The notes below the pieces were generated by a model. The model saw nothing but the letters and a program-made list of their open reading frames with translations, was not told the DNA's origin and ran no database searches. The position numbers were made by a program, and so were the translations under genes. A stretch of DNA of 63,663 bases, counting the filler. It is 20 parts of 20 records of this genome, joined end to end, with 100 filler letters (N's around TTAATTAATTAA, not from the genome) between each part and the next. Parts side by side here need not be neighbours in the genome. Positions count along the whole stretch, not along the records: positions 1 to 5,570 come from SRR16133337_97206; positions 5,671 to 8,553 come from SRR16133337_97235; positions 8,654 to 10,698 come from SRR16133337_97645; positions 10,799 to 15,864 come from SRR16133337_97813; 16 more parts are not named here. One strand, written 5' to 3'. The stretch's first letter is position 1. Each line of letters starts with the position of its first letter. Below are positions 1-11,741 of the stretch, piece after piece.

Positions 1-744
1 CAATCGATCTATGATTCCTCCATGCCCTGGAATTATCTTGCCCGTGTCTTTTACCCCTGTTTGCCTTTTAAATAAAGAGGCAATTAAATCTCCTAACGTA
101 CCAAACACACTAACAAGTATACCAATAACAATCCATTGTGTTGTAGAAAGAATTTCAAATTTTAAAGAAATGAAATAGGCGGTAAGCAATGTAAAAACAG
201 CACCCCCCAAAAAACCTTCTACCGTTTTTTTAGGAGAAATTCTTTCTAATAATTTATGTTTTCCCATACTTTTACCCACTAGATACGCAAAGGTATCATT
301 TGACCAAGTTAAGATAAAAATTCCTAGAATACTAAAACTTTCAAAGGATAATTTTGAATTTGTAAAAGGAATTTTAGTGATAAAAAGAAAGGGGATACAG
401 ACATAAATAAGAATTAAAAATGCAGTCCCTAATTCTTTAATTGCCTTTGGCTCTTTACTAAAAAGTTGCAGAATAAAAAGAAACAATACAAGAACCGTAA
501 TGGTAGATTTTAGAATGACAAGCGTCCCATTTGATAGTACCTCGCCGTTTAAACTAAATAAAAGTGTTGCGATAATGTAGATCCAAGGATTTTTTGATTT
601 CAACATTTTTGAAAACTCATAAATACTTAAAATCATAAAAAGATAAAACAAGCCCAAAAAGGTATAGGGGCTAAAAAGTATAGAAAAAACAAGTAGAGAT
701 ACAAAAACAGCACCTGATATTGTTCTTGTAAGTAGGTTGTTCAT
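1..744 (-). CDS. cdsA: Phosphatidate cytidylyltransferase, 3'-truncated by the window edge
   Basis: Not in the ORF track. Manual translation from ATG at 744 (MNNLLTRTISG...) is hydrophobic and contains WSNDTFAYLVGK, ISPKKTVEG and KDTGKIIPGHGGIIDR. Confidence 0.93.
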   Translation of the reverse strand, partial: MNNLLTRTISGAVFVSLLVFSILFSPYTFLGLFYLFMILSIYEFSKMLKSKNPWIYIIATLLFSLNGEVLSNGTLVILKSTITVLVLFLFILQLFSKEPKAIKELGTAFLILIYVCIPFLFITKIPFTNSKLSFESFSILGIFILTWSNDTFAYLVGKSMGKHKLLERISPKKTVEGFLGGAVFTLLTAYFISLKFEILSTTQWIVIGILVSVFGTLGDLIASLFKRQTGVKDTGKIIPGHGGIIDRL

Positions 745-747
745 GGG

Positions 748-1335
748 CTAAAGATCTTCAAATAAAAGTAAATATAAGTTTTTTGAATTGCTCTTTCCAG
801 TAGATAAAAAATCATCTTCCTTCTTTTCTGGAGCAAAGTTCCGAATCGCACAAATATTTGTGGGAATATTTTCTTTGAAATTATTTTTGATTCCCATGAG
901 TGCTTCCCCCATATTTTTGACCAATTGACTTGTTTTTGCAAATACAATAAAGTCCTCTGATAGGTTGTAAATTTTATTCTCTTTCAATTGATTTGATGAA
1001 AATAAGAGACTTCCTGCATTTGAAATTAAATGTTCACAGGTTGTGAAAACAGGAGTATTGCCTGTAAGATCATCGTTGATTTCTATAGATAATTGGTCAC
1101 TAAATACGGAAAGTTTTTTTTCGTCTAAGCAAGTGAGATTTGTCCATTTATTTTCATCCAATATCTCAATTAAATTTTGAGAAACTTCATCATTTGTTGT
1201 GCAATACAAAAATTTACCTCCTTTATCAATAAAATGATGAACAAAAGAATCCTCTAAAGAAAGATGAACTTCTTGATTTTGAATCTCTCTATCTTTGGAG
1301 GTTTCTTTTTTGAAAAATTTCTTAAAAAAACTCAT
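748..1335 (-). CDS. LUD-domain (LutC-like) conserved protein
   Basis: 195 aa with GGKFLYC and TTCEHLIS..GS motifs; lies between ftsH and cdsA, as is usual in Flavobacteriia. Confidence 0.7.
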   Translation of the reverse strand: MSFFKKFFKKETSKDREIQNQEVHLSLEDSFVHHFIDKGGKFLYCTTNDEVSQNLIEILDENKWTNLTCLDEKKLSVFSDQLSIEINDDLTGNTPVFTTCEHLISNAGSLLFSSNQLKENKIYNLSEDFIVFAKTSQLVKNMGEALMGIKNNFKENIPTNICAIRNFAPEKKEDDFLSTGKSNSKNLYLLLFEDL

Positions 1336-1436
1336 TAGATGCTCTTTGATATAAGTTCTTAAAGGATTTTAAATAGGGGAGAGCAGATGTAAAGTTATTC
1401 AATTATTTTGGATTCTTCATCTAAAATTTTATTTTT

Positions 1437-3383
1437 TTATTTTAGAGTTTCTTCAACTTCCTCTTCAAAAGTTCTTTTTCCAAAAATTTCAACTAAATCA
1501 TCTTTAAAAATAACTTCTTTTTCAAGTAATAATTTAGCCAAACGAATTAATTTGTCTTTATTTTCAGTTAAAATGGTAATTGCTCTTTGGTATTGACTTT
1601 TAATAAGATTAGAAATTTCTTCATCAATTATTTTAGCAGTTTCTTCACTATAAGGTTTAGAGAAGCTGTATTCACTTTGACCAGAGGAATCATAATAGGT
1701 AATGTTTCCTATTTTTTCATTGAGTCCATAAATACTAACCATTGCTTTTGCTTGTCGAGTTACTTTTTCAAGATCATTCAATGCACCTGTAGATATTTTA
1801 TCAAACATGACTTTCTCTGCAGCTCTACCGGCTAAAGTAGCACACATTTCATCTAACATTTGTTCTGTTTGTACAATCATTCTTTCTTCAGGCAAATACC
1901 AAGCAGCTCCTAAGGACTGTCCTCTTGGAACAATGGTTACTTTAACTAAAGGAGCGGCATGTTCTAAAATCCAACTTGCTGTTGCATGCCCCGCTTCATG
2001 ATATGCGATTGTTTTTTTCTCTTTTGGTGAGATGATCTTATTTTTCTTTTCCAACCCTCCGATGATTCTGTCAACGGCATCTAAAAAATCTTGATTGTGT
2101 ATTCTTTTGTTTCCTTTTCTTGCCGCAATTAAGGCAGATTCATTACATAGATTCGCAATATCAGCTCCTGAAAAACCAGGAGTTTGTTGAGACAAGAAAT
2201 CAGCATTTACATCTTTACCCAGTTTCAAAGGTTTCATATGAACTTCAAAAATAGCTTTCCGTTCATTCAAATCAGGCAAATCAATAATAATTTGTCTGTC
2301 AAAACGACCCGCACGCATCAACGCTTTATCTAAGACATCAGCCCTGTTGGTTGCGGCTAAAACAATAACATTTGTATCTGTACCAAAACCATCCATTTCA
2401 GTTAATAGCTGATTTAAGGTATTTTCTCTTTCATCATTACCACCAGTCATACTGTTTTTTCCGCGAGCTCTGCCAATGGCATCAATCTCATCAATAAAAA
2501 TAATAGAGGGTGCTTTTTGTTGTGCTTGTTTGAATAAATCACGTACACGAGAGGCTCCAACGCCTACAAACATTTCAACAAAATCGGAACCAGATAAAGA
2601 AAAAAAGGGAACGCCTGCTTCTCCTGCTACCGCTTTTGCCAATAATGTTTTACCCGTACCTGGCAAACCTACTAATAAAGCTCCTTTAGGTATTTTTCCG
2701 CCAAGTGAGGTATATTTATCGGGTGTTTTTAAGAAATCAACAATTTCTTGAACTTCTTCTTTTGCCCCTTCTAAACCTGCTACGTCTTTAAAGGTAACTT
2801 TTACTTTTTGGTCTTGATCAAATAATTTTGCTTTTGATTTTCCAATATTGAAAATTTGTCCACCAGCACCACCAGCACCACCTCCCGACATACGCCTCAT
2901 AAAGAAGATCCAAAGTCCAATTAAAAAAATAAAAGGAAGATATGACAAAATAGAATCAAACAAGTCTGTTTGTTCCTCATTGAATTTATCAAATTCTAAA
3001 TCATTTGCCTTTTTTTCCTCCTCTAATTTTTTTTCAAAATTTTGAAGGTCTCCAAAGTTGTATTCAAATAAAGGAGCATTTTTGTTAAAAAATCCAGACC
3101 CCGTTATTTTTTTATACGCATCTTTCGTCAAAGCCTCTTCTTTGATATACAATTGGGCAACATTTCTATTGACAATAACAATTTTAGAAATATCGTTGCT
3201 TTCTAAAATGCTTTCAAATCTGTTTTGAGAAATTTCTTTTTGTGCTAGACTTCCACTATTGAAATATTGAAAAGTTAGGAATAATATAAATAAGCCCCCA
3301 TAAATCCAGTAAAAATTAAATTTAGGCTTAAAATTAGATTGCTTAAGGTTGTTCTTTTTTTGTTTTTTGTTATTTGTAGGCAT
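1437..3383 (-). CDS. ftsH: ATP-dependent zinc metalloprotease FtsH
   Basis: Two TM segments, Walker A GLPGTGKT, Walker [32 protein letters not shown] zinc motif. Confidence 0.98.
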   Translation of the reverse strand: MPTNNKKQKKNNLKQSNFKPKFNFYWIYGGLFILFLTFQYFNSGSLAQKEISQNRFESILESNDISKIVIVNRNVAQLYIKEEALTKDAYKKITGSGFFNKNAPLFEYNFGDLQNFEKKLEEEKKANDLEFDKFNEEQTDLFDSILSYLPFIFLIGLWIFFMRRMSGGGAGGAGGQIFNIGKSKAKLFDQDQKVKVTFKDVAGLEGAKEEVQEIVDFLKTPDKYTSLGGKIPKGALLVGLPGTGKTLLAKAVAGEAGVPFFSLSGSDFVEMFVGVGASRVRDLFKQAQQKAPSIIFIDEIDAIGRARGKNSMTGGNDERENTLNQLLTEMDGFGTDTNVIVLAATNRADVLDKALMRAGRFDRQIIIDLPDLNERKAIFEVHMKPLKLGKDVNADFLSQQTPGFSGADIANLCNESALIAARKGNKRIHNQDFLDAVDRIIGGLEKKNKIISPKEKKTIAYHEAGHATASWILEHAAPLVKVTIVPRGQSLGAAWYLPEERMIVQTEQMLDEMCATLAGRAAEKVMFDKISTGALNDLEKVTRQAKAMVSIYGLNEKIGNITYYDSSGQSEYSFSKPYSEETAKIIDEEISNLIKSQYQRAITILTENKDKLIRLAKLLLEKEVIFKDDLVEIFGKRTFEEEVEETLK

Positions 3384-3395
3384 GTAGTAAAAATT

Positions 3396-3776
3396 CTAAG
3401 AAGTTAAATTTAAGGAAGAAATTTTAGTGATTTTGGCTGCATCCCAAAAACTTTCTAGGTCATAAAATTCCCTAATATGTTTCTGAAATACGTGTACAAC
3501 TACGTTAACATAGTCAATCAAAACCCATTCAGCAGTGCTTTCACCTTCAACATGCCAAGCTTTTTCTTGAGCTTCTTTTCCAACAATTTTTTGAACGATA
3601 CCAGAAATGGCTTTTACTTGAGTATTAGAATTTCCTGAACAGACAATAAAATAATCACAAACCGTGTTTTCTAGCTCTCTCAAATCTAACAGTTGAATTT
3701 CTTCACCTCCTACCTCTTCAATTCCTTTGATAATCGTGGCAATCAATTGATCAACACTTTTATTTTTTTTAGACAT
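3396..3776 (-). CDS. rsfS: Ribosome silencing factor
   Basis: DYFIVCSGNSNTQV, WVLIDYVNVVVHVF, REFYDLE motifs. Confidence 0.96.
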   Translation of the reverse strand: MSKKNKSVDQLIATIIKGIEEVGGEEIQLLDLRELENTVCDYFIVCSGNSNTQVKAISGIVQKIVGKEAQEKAWHVEGESTAEWVLIDYVNVVVHVFQKHIREFYDLESFWDAAKITKISSLNLTS

Positions 3777-3797
3777 TAAAATTTATTTAATTTGCAA

Positions 3798-3805
3798 CAA
3801 AGTTA
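3798..3805 (-). promoter_or_regulatory. Bacteroidetes housekeeping promoter -7 box (TAACTTTG) upstream of rsfS-ftsH
   Basis: Exact TAnnTTTG match about 20 nt upstream of the rsfS start. Confidence 0.6.
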
Positions 3806-3861
3806 TTGTTTTTTTATAATTAAATACAAAATAAGAACCTTGTTTTCATTACATTTTACCC

Positions 3862-4626
3862 ATGCATAGAATCAAACTTAATGCCATTGGGTCTACCAAC
3901 ACTTTTTTGAAAGAATTGGTGTCAAATAAAAGGGTAGAAAATAATACGGTAGTCACTGCCGAAAGACAAATAGCAGGGAGAGGTCAAATGGGAACTCAGT
4001 GGAGTTCTGAATCAGGTAAAAACCTCTTGTTTAGTGTGTTTTTTGAGTTTGATTCCTTTTTGTCTTTTCATTCTGTTTCCCTTAGTTATTCAACTTCTTT
4101 AGCCATTTATTCTGTGTTAAAATCTTATAACGTTCCTGGCTTATCCATCAAATGGCCTAACGACATTTTGGCAGGTTCTCATAAAATAGGAGGTATTTTA
4201 ATCGAAAATACATGGCGTAAATCAAAGATTCAACACAGTATTATTGGTGTGGGTTTGAATGTAAATCAAGTTATGTTTCCTGATGAACTAAAATTGGCAA
4301 GTTCTATCAAGCACGTTTTAGGGGTTGAAATTGATAGAGAAGTTTTGTTGTTAAAACTGTTAAGTTCGCTTCAATCTGAAATCATACAGTGTAAACAAGA
4401 GAATTTTATGGAGATCAAGTCGAGATATCTTTCTGTATTGTATAAAAAAGGAGTTCCTGCAATGTTTAAAGATAATAAGGATCGTATCTTTATGGGTAAA
4501 ATAGTGGGTGTATCCACTAAGGGGAAACTTCAAATTGAATTGGAAGACGAAACCTTAAAAGAATTTGGAATTAAAGAAATTCAATATTTAAGCGGTACTT
4601 CACCTACTTATACTCCGCCCAGTTAG
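3862..4626 (+). CDS. birA: Biotin--[acetyl-CoA carboxylase] ligase (no HTH domain)
   Basis: STN, Q.AGRGQ..W.S, KWPND, KIGGIL.E, IGVGLNVN motifs. The last codons overlap a repeat element. Confidence 0.95.
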   Translation: MHRIKLNAIGSTNTFLKELVSNKRVENNTVVTAERQIAGRGQMGTQWSSESGKNLLFSVFFEFDSFLSFHSVSLSYSTSLAIYSVLKSYNVPGLSIKWPNDILAGSHKIGGILIENTWRKSKIQHSIIGVGLNVNQVMFPDELKLASSIKHVLGVEIDREVLLLKLLSSLQSEIIQCKQENFMEIKSRYLSVLYKKGVPAMFKDNKDRIFMGKIVGVSTKGKLQIELEDETLKEFGIKEIQYLSGTSPTYTPPS

Positions 4627-4670
4627 AAACCTCTTTTTATTTCTAGCCTTCAACGGAAAACTTGGAGTAT
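4609..4670 (+). repeat. Dispersed TATACT-N8-TTAGAAACC element, copy 1; ends in inverted GGAGTAT, so a possible ~62-bp mini-MITE
   Basis: TATACT ccgcccag TTAGAAACC at 4609-4631; GGAGTAT at 4664-4670 is complementary to ATACTCC. Confidence 0.7.
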
Positions 4671-4672
4671 CA

Positions 4673-5062
4673 TTACAGATTTTTAATATTGTCAATCAAT
4701 GTTTCAATGAATTTAGTAAGGGGTTTTTTGACCATCATTTGGATCATAGGATTGAATTCTCCGTGAAAAAGCAATTGAACCTCAGAAGAAGATTCCTTAT
4801 TTTCAGAGATGCTTACTTTTAACGTAAAGGGAATTTTACTGCTAGCAGCACTTAATAGAATCTCAGAATTTGCCATTTTCTCTTTTAAAACCAATCTAAT
4901 TTCAGGCATGCCTTTTAAACCAAAAAGAAAGGATGCTCCCTCTATTTCAAACTTTTGGATGTTTTCAGGCATCAACTGTTCATAATTTTCAAGTTGTGAT
5001 AAAAATTCAAAAATTTCTTTGGAAGATTTTGAAACGTTTACTTTTTTACTTTGTATATCCAT
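4673..5062 (-). CDS. SRPBCC/START-like protein
   Basis: 129 aa with FEFL...ENYEQLMPE and C-terminal MMVKKPL..F; sits next to pyrE as in other Flavobacteriia. Confidence 0.7.
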   Translation of the reverse strand: MDIQSKKVNVSKSSKEIFEFLSQLENYEQLMPENIQKFEIEGASFLFGLKGMPEIRLVLKEKMANSEILLSAASSKIPFTLKVSISENKESSSEVQLLFHGEFNPMIQMMVKKPLTKFIETLIDNIKNL

Positions 5063-5122
5063 ATCCTCTTTTTTTTATTATAAAGATTGAAATTTAGTTG
5101 ACTCAAAACCAATAAGTAAAGC

Positions 5123-5570
5123 TTATGGATTCCATGTGCTAGGATCTTTTCTCCACAATAATAAAGTATCCAATTCGTCTTCTGTAATATAATTGTCTTT
5201 TAGTGCTTGAGCTAATAAATGTTTATAGTTGCTCAATGTAATAAAATCTATATTTGAAGCTTTAAAGTTCTTTTTTGCAAGTTTAAATCCATAGGTAAAA
5301 ATAGCAATCACTCCTTTTACATTTACAGGGGCTTTTTTTAAGGCTTCTATAGCACGTAAACTACTTTTACCAGTGCTAATTAAATCTTCCACCACCACCA
5401 CATTACTCCCGGATTCTAAAAAGCCTTCAATTTGGTTTTGACGCCCATGCTTTTTTGCTTCAGGTCTAACATATATAAAAGGAACTCCTAATTCTTGTGC
5501 AATTAAAACTCCAATAGCAATAGCACCTGTAGCAACTCCTGCAATGACATCTGGTTTTCCATATTTTTCA
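5123..5570 (-). CDS. pyrE: Orotate phosphoribosyltransferase, 5'-truncated at contig end
   Basis: Frame extends upstream of the tracked ORF: IAGVATGAIA, YVRPEAKKHGRQNQIEG, PRPP motif VVVVEDLISTGKS. Confidence 0.95.
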
Positions 5571-5670
5571 NNNNNNNNNNNNNNNNNNNNNNNNNNNNNN
5601 NNNNNNNNNNNNNNTTAATTAATTAANNNNNNNNNNNNNNNNNNNNNNNNNNNNNNNNNNNNNNNNNNNN
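5571..5670. other. Artificial contig linker N44-TTAATTAATTAA-N44, first of 19 (others start at 8554, 10699, 15865, 18253, 20710, 23164, 26486, 29559, 32254, 39313, 43047, 45750, 48071, 51980, 54252, 56442, 58600, 61487)
   Basis: Identical 100-nt spacers with stops in all six frames; genes are cut at their edges. Confidence 0.99.
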
Positions 5671-5700
5671 TCACGGTATCACCGCATCACGGCATCACTG
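5671..5700. repeat. Degenerate 8-nt tandem repeat (TCACGGTA/TCACCGCA/TCACGGCA) at contig start
   Basis: Visible 8-nt periodicity; reverse complement of the unit at 6973-7085. Confidence 0.75.
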
Positions 5701-5741
5701 CTAATAGCAATGGAGTATAAATCAATAAAATAGACAATAGA

Positions 5742-6971
5742 ATGTTGTATTACCTTTTTGATTATTTAGAAAAACAGTATCACTTAATGGGAGCTGGGGT
5801 ATTTCAGTACATCTCGTTTCGTTCTTCGTTAGCATTTATGATATCCTTGTTAATTTCTACAGTCTTTGGGAAAAAAATTATAAACTATTTGAGAATTATG
5901 CAAATTGGCGAGACAGTTCGTGATTTAGGTTTAGATGGGCAAGTTCAAAAAACAGGAACACCTACGATGGGTGGGGTGATTATCATTATGGCAACTTTGA
6001 TTCCCGTTTTTTTACTAGCAAAGATGCATAATATTTACATCATTATTTTGTTGATTACAACTTTGTGGATGGGGTCAATTGGTTTTATAGATGATTACAT
6101 AAAGATATTTAAGAAAGATAAAGACGGTTTAAAAGCAAGGTTTAAGGTTTTAGGTCAAGTGGGTTTAGGAATTATTGTGGGAGGGATGTTGTTTTTTCAT
6201 CCTGAAGTTATGATGAAAGACCAATTGCCAAAAAATAAAATAGTGACACTTACTGAAAGTGGAATTCCAAAATTGTTTGGAGAAGCTTATAAATCGACCA
6301 AAACAACCATGCCCTTTTTTAAAAATAATGAATTGGACTATGCAATAATTACAGAATGGTTGGGCGATACTTCTAAAAAATATGCTTGGTTAATTTTTAT
6401 TCCGATTGTCATTTTTATTATCACAGCGGTTTCAAATGGAGCCAACCTTACCGATGGAATTGATGGATTAGCAGCGGGGACTTCTGCAATCATTGTTGTA
6501 ACACTTGGAGTTTTTGCATGGATTTCAGGAAATGTCATTTTTGCCAATTATTTGGATGTAATGTATATTCCCAATTCAGGTGAAATGGTTGTTTATATCA
6601 GTGCTTTTGCAGGAGCCTTAGTAGGCTTTCTATGGTACAACACCTTTCCTGCTCAGATTTTTATGGGAGATACAGGAAGTCTTACAATTGGAGGGATTAT
6701 AGCAGTAATTGCTGTTGCAACACGGAAAGAATTGTTGATCCCAGTATTGGCAGGAATCTTTCTAATAGAGAATTTATCCGTTATGTTGCAGGTGGGTTAT
6801 TTTAAATACACACGTAAAAAATATGGAGAAGGACAACGCCTATTTAAAATGGCTCCTTTGCATCATCATTATCAAAAATCTGGATATCATGAAAGTAAGA
6901 TTGTAGCTAGATTTTGGATCGTTGGAATTTTATTAGCCGTATTGACGGCTGTAACCTTAAAATTAAGATAA
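5742..6971 (+). CDS. mraY: Phospho-N-acetylmuramoyl-pentapeptide transferase
   Basis: [37 protein letters not shown] motifs. Confidence 0.98.
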   Translation: MLYYLFDYLEKQYHLMGAGVFQYISFRSSLAFMISLLISTVFGKKIINYLRIMQIGETVRDLGLDGQVQKTGTPTMGGVIIIMATLIPVFLLAKMHNIYIIILLITTLWMGSIGFIDDYIKIFKKDKDGLKARFKVLGQVGLGIIVGGMLFFHPEVMMKDQLPKNKIVTLTESGIPKLFGEAYKSTKTTMPFFKNNELDYAIITEWLGDTSKKYAWLIFIPIVIFIITAVSNGANLTDGIDGLAAGTSAIIVVTLGVFAWISGNVIFANYLDVMYIPNSGEMVVYISAFAGALVGFLWYNTFPAQIFMGDTGSLTIGGIIAVIAVATRKELLIPVLAGIFLIENLSVMLQVGYFKYTRKKYGEGQRLFKMAPLHHHYQKSGYHESKIVARFWIVGILLAVLTAVTLKLR

Positions 6972-6972
6972 A

Positions 6973-7085
6973 GCGGTGATACGGTGATACCGTGAAACGG
7001 CGAAATAAAATAGCGGTGATACCGTGAAACGGTGAAATAAAATAGCCGTGAAATAGAATAGCCGTGAAACGGCGAAATAAAATAG
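6973..7085 (+). repeat. Intergenic degenerate octamer array (CGGTGATA/CCGTGAAA/CGGCGAAA) with AATAAAATAG spacers
   Basis: CCGTGAAACGG(C/T)GAAATAAAATAG occurs three times between mraY and murD. Confidence 0.85.
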
Positions 7086-7114
7086 ACAAAATAATTAAAA
7101 ATCGTATATCAGAA

Positions 7115-8452
7115 ATGAAAAAGAGATTGGTAATTCTTGGTGGAGGAGAAAGCGGTATCGGTACTGCGATTCTGGGAAGACAAAAAGGATATGATGTTTT
7201 TGTTTCTGATAAAGGAAGAATAAAAGAAGAGTATAGAAGAGTTCTTGAAAATAATGACATCGCATTTGAGTCGGAAAAACACAGTATTGCTAAGATTTTA
7301 AATGCAGATGTGATCATGAAAAGTCCAGGTATTCCAGATACGATTCCTCTGGTAGTTCAGCTAAAAGAAAAAGGAATAAAGGTAATTTCAGAAATTGAAT
7401 TTGCAGCACAGTATACAGAGGCAACCTTAATTGGGATTACAGGTTCTAACGGAAAAACCACCACAACAATGTTGACCTATCATATCCTAAAAAAAGCAGG
7501 ATTGAACATTGGGATGGCAGGGAACATTGGACAAAGTTTTGCAAAGCAAGTTGCTACTCGAAATTATGAGGGTTATGTGTTGGAACTGAGTAGTTTTCAA
7601 TTAGATGGAATTGAGAATTTTGCACCACATATTGCCATTATTACAAACATAACACCAGATCATTTAGATCGATATGATGACAAGTTTGAAAACTATATGG
7701 AGTCTAAATTTTTAATCACAAAAAATCAAACAGAAAAAGATTTTTTGATTTACGATGCAGACGATGTAGTTATCACAGCATGGTTAGAGAAAAATAAAGT
7801 AAAAGCACAGTTAATTCCTTTTTCGTTAGAAAAGAGAGAAGGAAAAGGAGCAGATATAGAAAATAATAACATACAAATTAAACTAAATAAAAAAATTTTA
7901 ACAATGGACATTTCTAAAATAGCAGTACAAGGAAAACATAATACAAAAAATATAATGGCGGCTTCTTTAACCGCACAGATGATGAAGGTAAGAAGGCAGG
8001 TGATTAAAGAAAGTCTAAAAGAATTTGAAGGAGCAGAACACCGTTTGGAAAAAGTACTAAAAGTAAATGGAGTCCAGTATTTCAATGATTCCAAAGCAAC
8101 CAATGTAAATGCAACATTCTATGCATTAGAATGTATGGAACATCCAACAGTATGGATCGTAGGAGGAGTTGATAAAGGAAACGATTATTTAGATTTGATG
8201 CCTTTGGTCAGAGAAAAAGTAAAGGCAATCATTTGTTTAGGAGTTGATAATAGAAAAATCATCCAAACATTTGAAAAAGTAGTAGATGTAGTTGTAGAAA
8301 CAACAAGTATTGCACAAGCAGTTCAAATTGCTTATAAATTAACGGGAAAAGGAGATGCTGTATTGTTATCACCTGCCTGTGCAAGTTTTGATTTATTTGA
8401 AGATTATGAAGATAGAGGAAGACAATTTAAAAACGCGGTAAGAAACTTGTAA
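7115..8452 (+). CDS. murD: UDP-N-acetylmuramoyl-L-alanine--D-glutamate ligase
   Basis: Likely start ATG at 7115 (MKKRLVILGGGESG); ITGSNGKTTT, ELSSFQL, NDSKATN, LSPACASFD. Confidence 0.97.
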   Translation: MKKRLVILGGGESGIGTAILGRQKGYDVFVSDKGRIKEEYRRVLENNDIAFESEKHSIAKILNADVIMKSPGIPDTIPLVVQLKEKGIKVISEIEFAAQYTEATLIGITGSNGKTTTTMLTYHILKKAGLNIGMAGNIGQSFAKQVATRNYEGYVLELSSFQLDGIENFAPHIAIITNITPDHLDRYDDKFENYMESKFLITKNQTEKDFLIYDADDVVITAWLEKNKVKAQLIPFSLEKREGKGADIENNNIQIKLNKKILTMDISKIAVQGKHNTKNIMAASLTAQMMKVRRQVIKESLKEFEGAEHRLEKVLKVNGVQYFNDSKATNVNATFYALECMEHPTVWIVGGVDKGNDYLDLMPLVREKVKAIICLGVDNRKIIQTFEKVVDVVVETTSIAQAVQIAYKLTGKGDAVLLSPACASFDLFEDYEDRGRQFKNAVRNL

Positions 8453-8653
8453 TTTACAAGTTTGGAAAGCTAGTTGAAGGCAGTATAGATCTTGAAAACT
8501 ATGGAGGGGTTAGCTATACTTTCAAATTGAAACGAAGCTATGAAAAATGTGGANNNNNNNNNNNNNNNNNNNNNNNNNNNNNNNNNNNNNNNNNNNNTTA
8601 ATTAATTAANNNNNNNNNNNNNNNNNNNNNNNNNNNNNNNNNNNNNNNNNNNN

Positions 8654-10544
8654 TCTCTTCGTTTTGAGATTTTACCACCTAGCAAAAAAAAAAATATTAG
8701 ACAATCCTACTTTAAAAAAGTATATCTAATAAAAAGAAAAAAACGTTTTACCTTTTTTCACGTCGGGACTCTTGATACAATCATTGACTTCCCCCATAGA
8801 ATCATTTACATTCGAGACTTGTGCCTCAATTTTCGCCTCTTCTTTACCTTGACCTAAAAGATATAAACACACATGGTATTACATATTGTTGTGGACAGTT
8901 GAGGTTTGTTTGTGTGTTTGTTGGTGACGCCTGGGAGTTTTGCCTGGTCATTGATTTATTTCCTTTCAGTACAAATTCGTTATCCTGTCAAATTTGTTTT
9001 CGTTTTATGAACACAACATACGGAAAATGGTGAGTGCTTGGGTTGGAAAACACAAATACGTGTTAGGATTTTTCGCATTGAGGCGAGAAGAACTTTTGAA
9101 GACTTTCTGTTGATTGGTCAGGATAAGAACACATGTAAATGTTAAACCGGTTTTGCGATCCTTTTAGAAGCCACTCCTAAGGACAACAACGCGCTGTTTT
9201 TGATATCATGAACTGGGATGTTTTTTCACACATGCCAGTGCTTTGCGATACTTGTGATCAAAATAATTTTTGTCTCTTTTCGTGGAAAGGATCCAACAAA
9301 GCATTAATTAATTCAAAAAATTATTTTTTGCACATTGTCTCGATGATTTTGTGAAACAGATTAAAAGTCCCATTTTGTAGATCACGAGATTTCAATTCAG
9401 ACGATCATCAGATTTTGAACCACAACAACAATTACAAAGGCACTAACTACATTACCATGTCGGATATGTGTTGACAATGATTTCACGTTTTGTTTTTAGA
9501 CCGTGCTTTTATTCCAGCAAATGGTGGCGGAGAACGTGAGATTATCGAAAGTGCTAATTTTATAAATCAAGTTCTGCCACAAATAAAGCAAGAGGCACCA
9601 TCACAGCCGCATCCATTTCAACAACAACAGCCAATAAGTTGTATGTGTTAGTCATTTATTTGCAAGTTTGTGGAGTTTTGGTTATTCAATTTTTGTTTTG
9701 TTGCATATTTTAAATAATTACGTTTTCTTCATTATATCCATCAGACTTTTCAAAATGAAGGTTGAGTCCAACATTTCGGTGTTTATTTGTCTATGTTGCT
9801 ATTTTTCACTAGAATTTCAATTAAAATGTGTATATATAAAATAGGTTTGGAACACAACCACACCTGAAGTCAGTTCAACACGCTTATTAAATATTCCAAA
9901 CTTCAAGTTCTTACAGACCAAATGGGACGTAAATTTTTCATGACAACTGAATGTCATCGCGCGCGAGTTAAGTGATACGAGATTGAAGTTTCGTTTGGAG
10001 TGTGCGATTTCCGAACGAATTAAGTTTTTAAGAAAAGTACCAAAAATTTTCAAAACATCTACCTCGAACAAAATTACGTTGTAACAATTTGTATAATTTT
10101 TTTAAAAACTGGGAATAGTTAACATACCTAAACGAAAGGAAAAACACCTGAATCTCCAAAAACTTTTTTAAAAGTACAAACCGCCACCCACAATCCGCAT
10201 ATCCACCCCACCCACTAACACATATGTGAACCACATAGCCATCACACACACACATACACACACAAACACAAACACGAACACATCACTTTCTGTTAGCACA
10301 CACAAACACACAATAAATGTCATACGTTTTGTTACACAAAAAATATCTTTGAAAGAATGTCAAAAATAGAATAAATTAAGTATTTTACCTCCGACATTTG
10401 GTTTTGGTTCTTCCTTCGCGACGTCATCGCGTGGAATTGATGACGGGATTGGATTGTATTTGGCATCAAGCGAATTATTTGGAAGAAAGGGTGGAAACCC
10501 TAGCCTCGCACATCTCGAACTGAGGCTTTCCTCCCCATCTTCGA
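8654..10544 (-). CDS. Eukaryotic spliced gene fragment of unknown function (exons ~10389-10544, ~8751-8853 and ~8654-8678)
   Basis: AG/GT boundaries give one phase-consistent frame: EDGEESLSSRCARLGFPP...KPNVG|GQGKEEAKIEAQ...PDVKK|GGKISKRR. Confidence 0.5.
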
Positions 10545-10798
10545 CTACAAACAGATATGAAGAGGAAATATATTATACTATTTACTCAATGTTCGTCAGT
10601 TGTCACAATAACTTTCACGTTCCTTGACATTTAATAACCTTGTTGAAATTTTGTTTGTTTTTTTGAATGTATTTGTATCATAACTGTTTTTTTTTTTGNN
10701 NNNNNNNNNNNNNNNNNNNNNNNNNNNNNNNNNNNNNNNNNNTTAATTAATTAANNNNNNNNNNNNNNNNNNNNNNNNNNNNNNNNNNNNNNNNNNNN

Positions 10799-11600
10799 TA
10801 TCATTTGCCCCAGGAAAATAAGTTTTTTTCCCCATTCTTCCCAGATGATCGTAGTGTGCCGTAATGACAACTAATGAATCTGATTTGCCCTGTATTTTTC
10901 CGATACAGTTTTGAGAGGTATATTTTTTCGTGAATTTACTTGTTGAGTGGATGCGTATCGTTTTTATTTTAGAGAGATCCATCTTTTTTTGAACGGTAAA
11001 TGACGCCTTGCTACTTTGGAAGGTACTACCATGCCAAGTTAGTTTTTTATCGGTAAAAATAAGGGTAGCTTTGGCTGGATGATCAGCACTGTATTTTAGA
11101 TAGTGTATAATTTCTGAAATTTTTTGTATTTCAAGTTTTGTCAAAGACTCCCTATTATAAGTGTCAACGAGTAATATTTTTCCGCTGGATTTGTTTAGTT
11201 TAGAGATCCATCTGTTAGCGTCTAATAAATCATCCATTGTAAAGAGAACACTTTCAAAAACACCTCTGATAGAAGGGCTTGCTGGGTCAATTAAAAATTC
11301 TTTCCCTGGAAGGAGTGTATTATTGCCAATTTTCAACTCTAAAGCTCCTGGTTGGGTGTTGATTCCAAAAGAAAATTTCTGAAAATAGCTTTTATGGATT
11401 GGGGTGAGTCCCATGTTTTTAAATTCTTTTTGTATGTATTTTGCAGCAATTTTATCGCCTTTATTAACATAAGCTCTCCCGTGCATTTTGGAAGATGTAA
11501 GGTTTTTGATAATTTCTTTAGCATAAGTTATTTGTCCATAACTATAGCTTGAACTTAGTGTGAAAATAAAGACGGTTAAGTTTAGAACTGTTTTTTTCAA
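10799..11600 (-). CDS. Secreted M28-family peptidase, 3'-truncated
   Basis: Signal peptide; MHGR; AHYDHLG...FPGAND zinc-ligand motifs. Confidence 0.9.
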
Positions 11601-11628
11601 TTTTTACGGTAGTTTTTAGAGACTTCAA

Positions 11629-11671
11629 CAGCCATCCTAAAATTTTAGGGTTTCTAAAGGGATGGACTATA
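11629..11671 (-). repeat. Dispersed element, copy 2
   Basis: Minus strand TATAGT ccatccct TTAGAAACC CTAAAATTTTAGG; contains the palindrome CCTAAAATTTTAGG. Confidence 0.7.
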
Positions 11672-11741
11672 TTTCAAAAGTAACTATTTTGATGTTTAGT
11701 TGGCATTGCTTTTTTAAGAAATAAAGTTCTTTGGGGATCAA

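Noticed and set aside
2655..2670. FtsH Walker A reads GLPGTGKT instead of GPPGTGKT
   Set aside because: It is a variable x position of GxxGxGKT and all catalytic motifs are intact.
6973..7085. CRISPR-like array
   Set aside because: Units are 8-25 nt, degenerate, have no unique spacers, and no cas genes are present.
7064..7114. N-terminal extension of MurD (similarly 12409-12486 and 15793-15825)
   Set aside because: These upstream starts run through repeats or promoter boxes; the downstream ATGs fit family N-termini.
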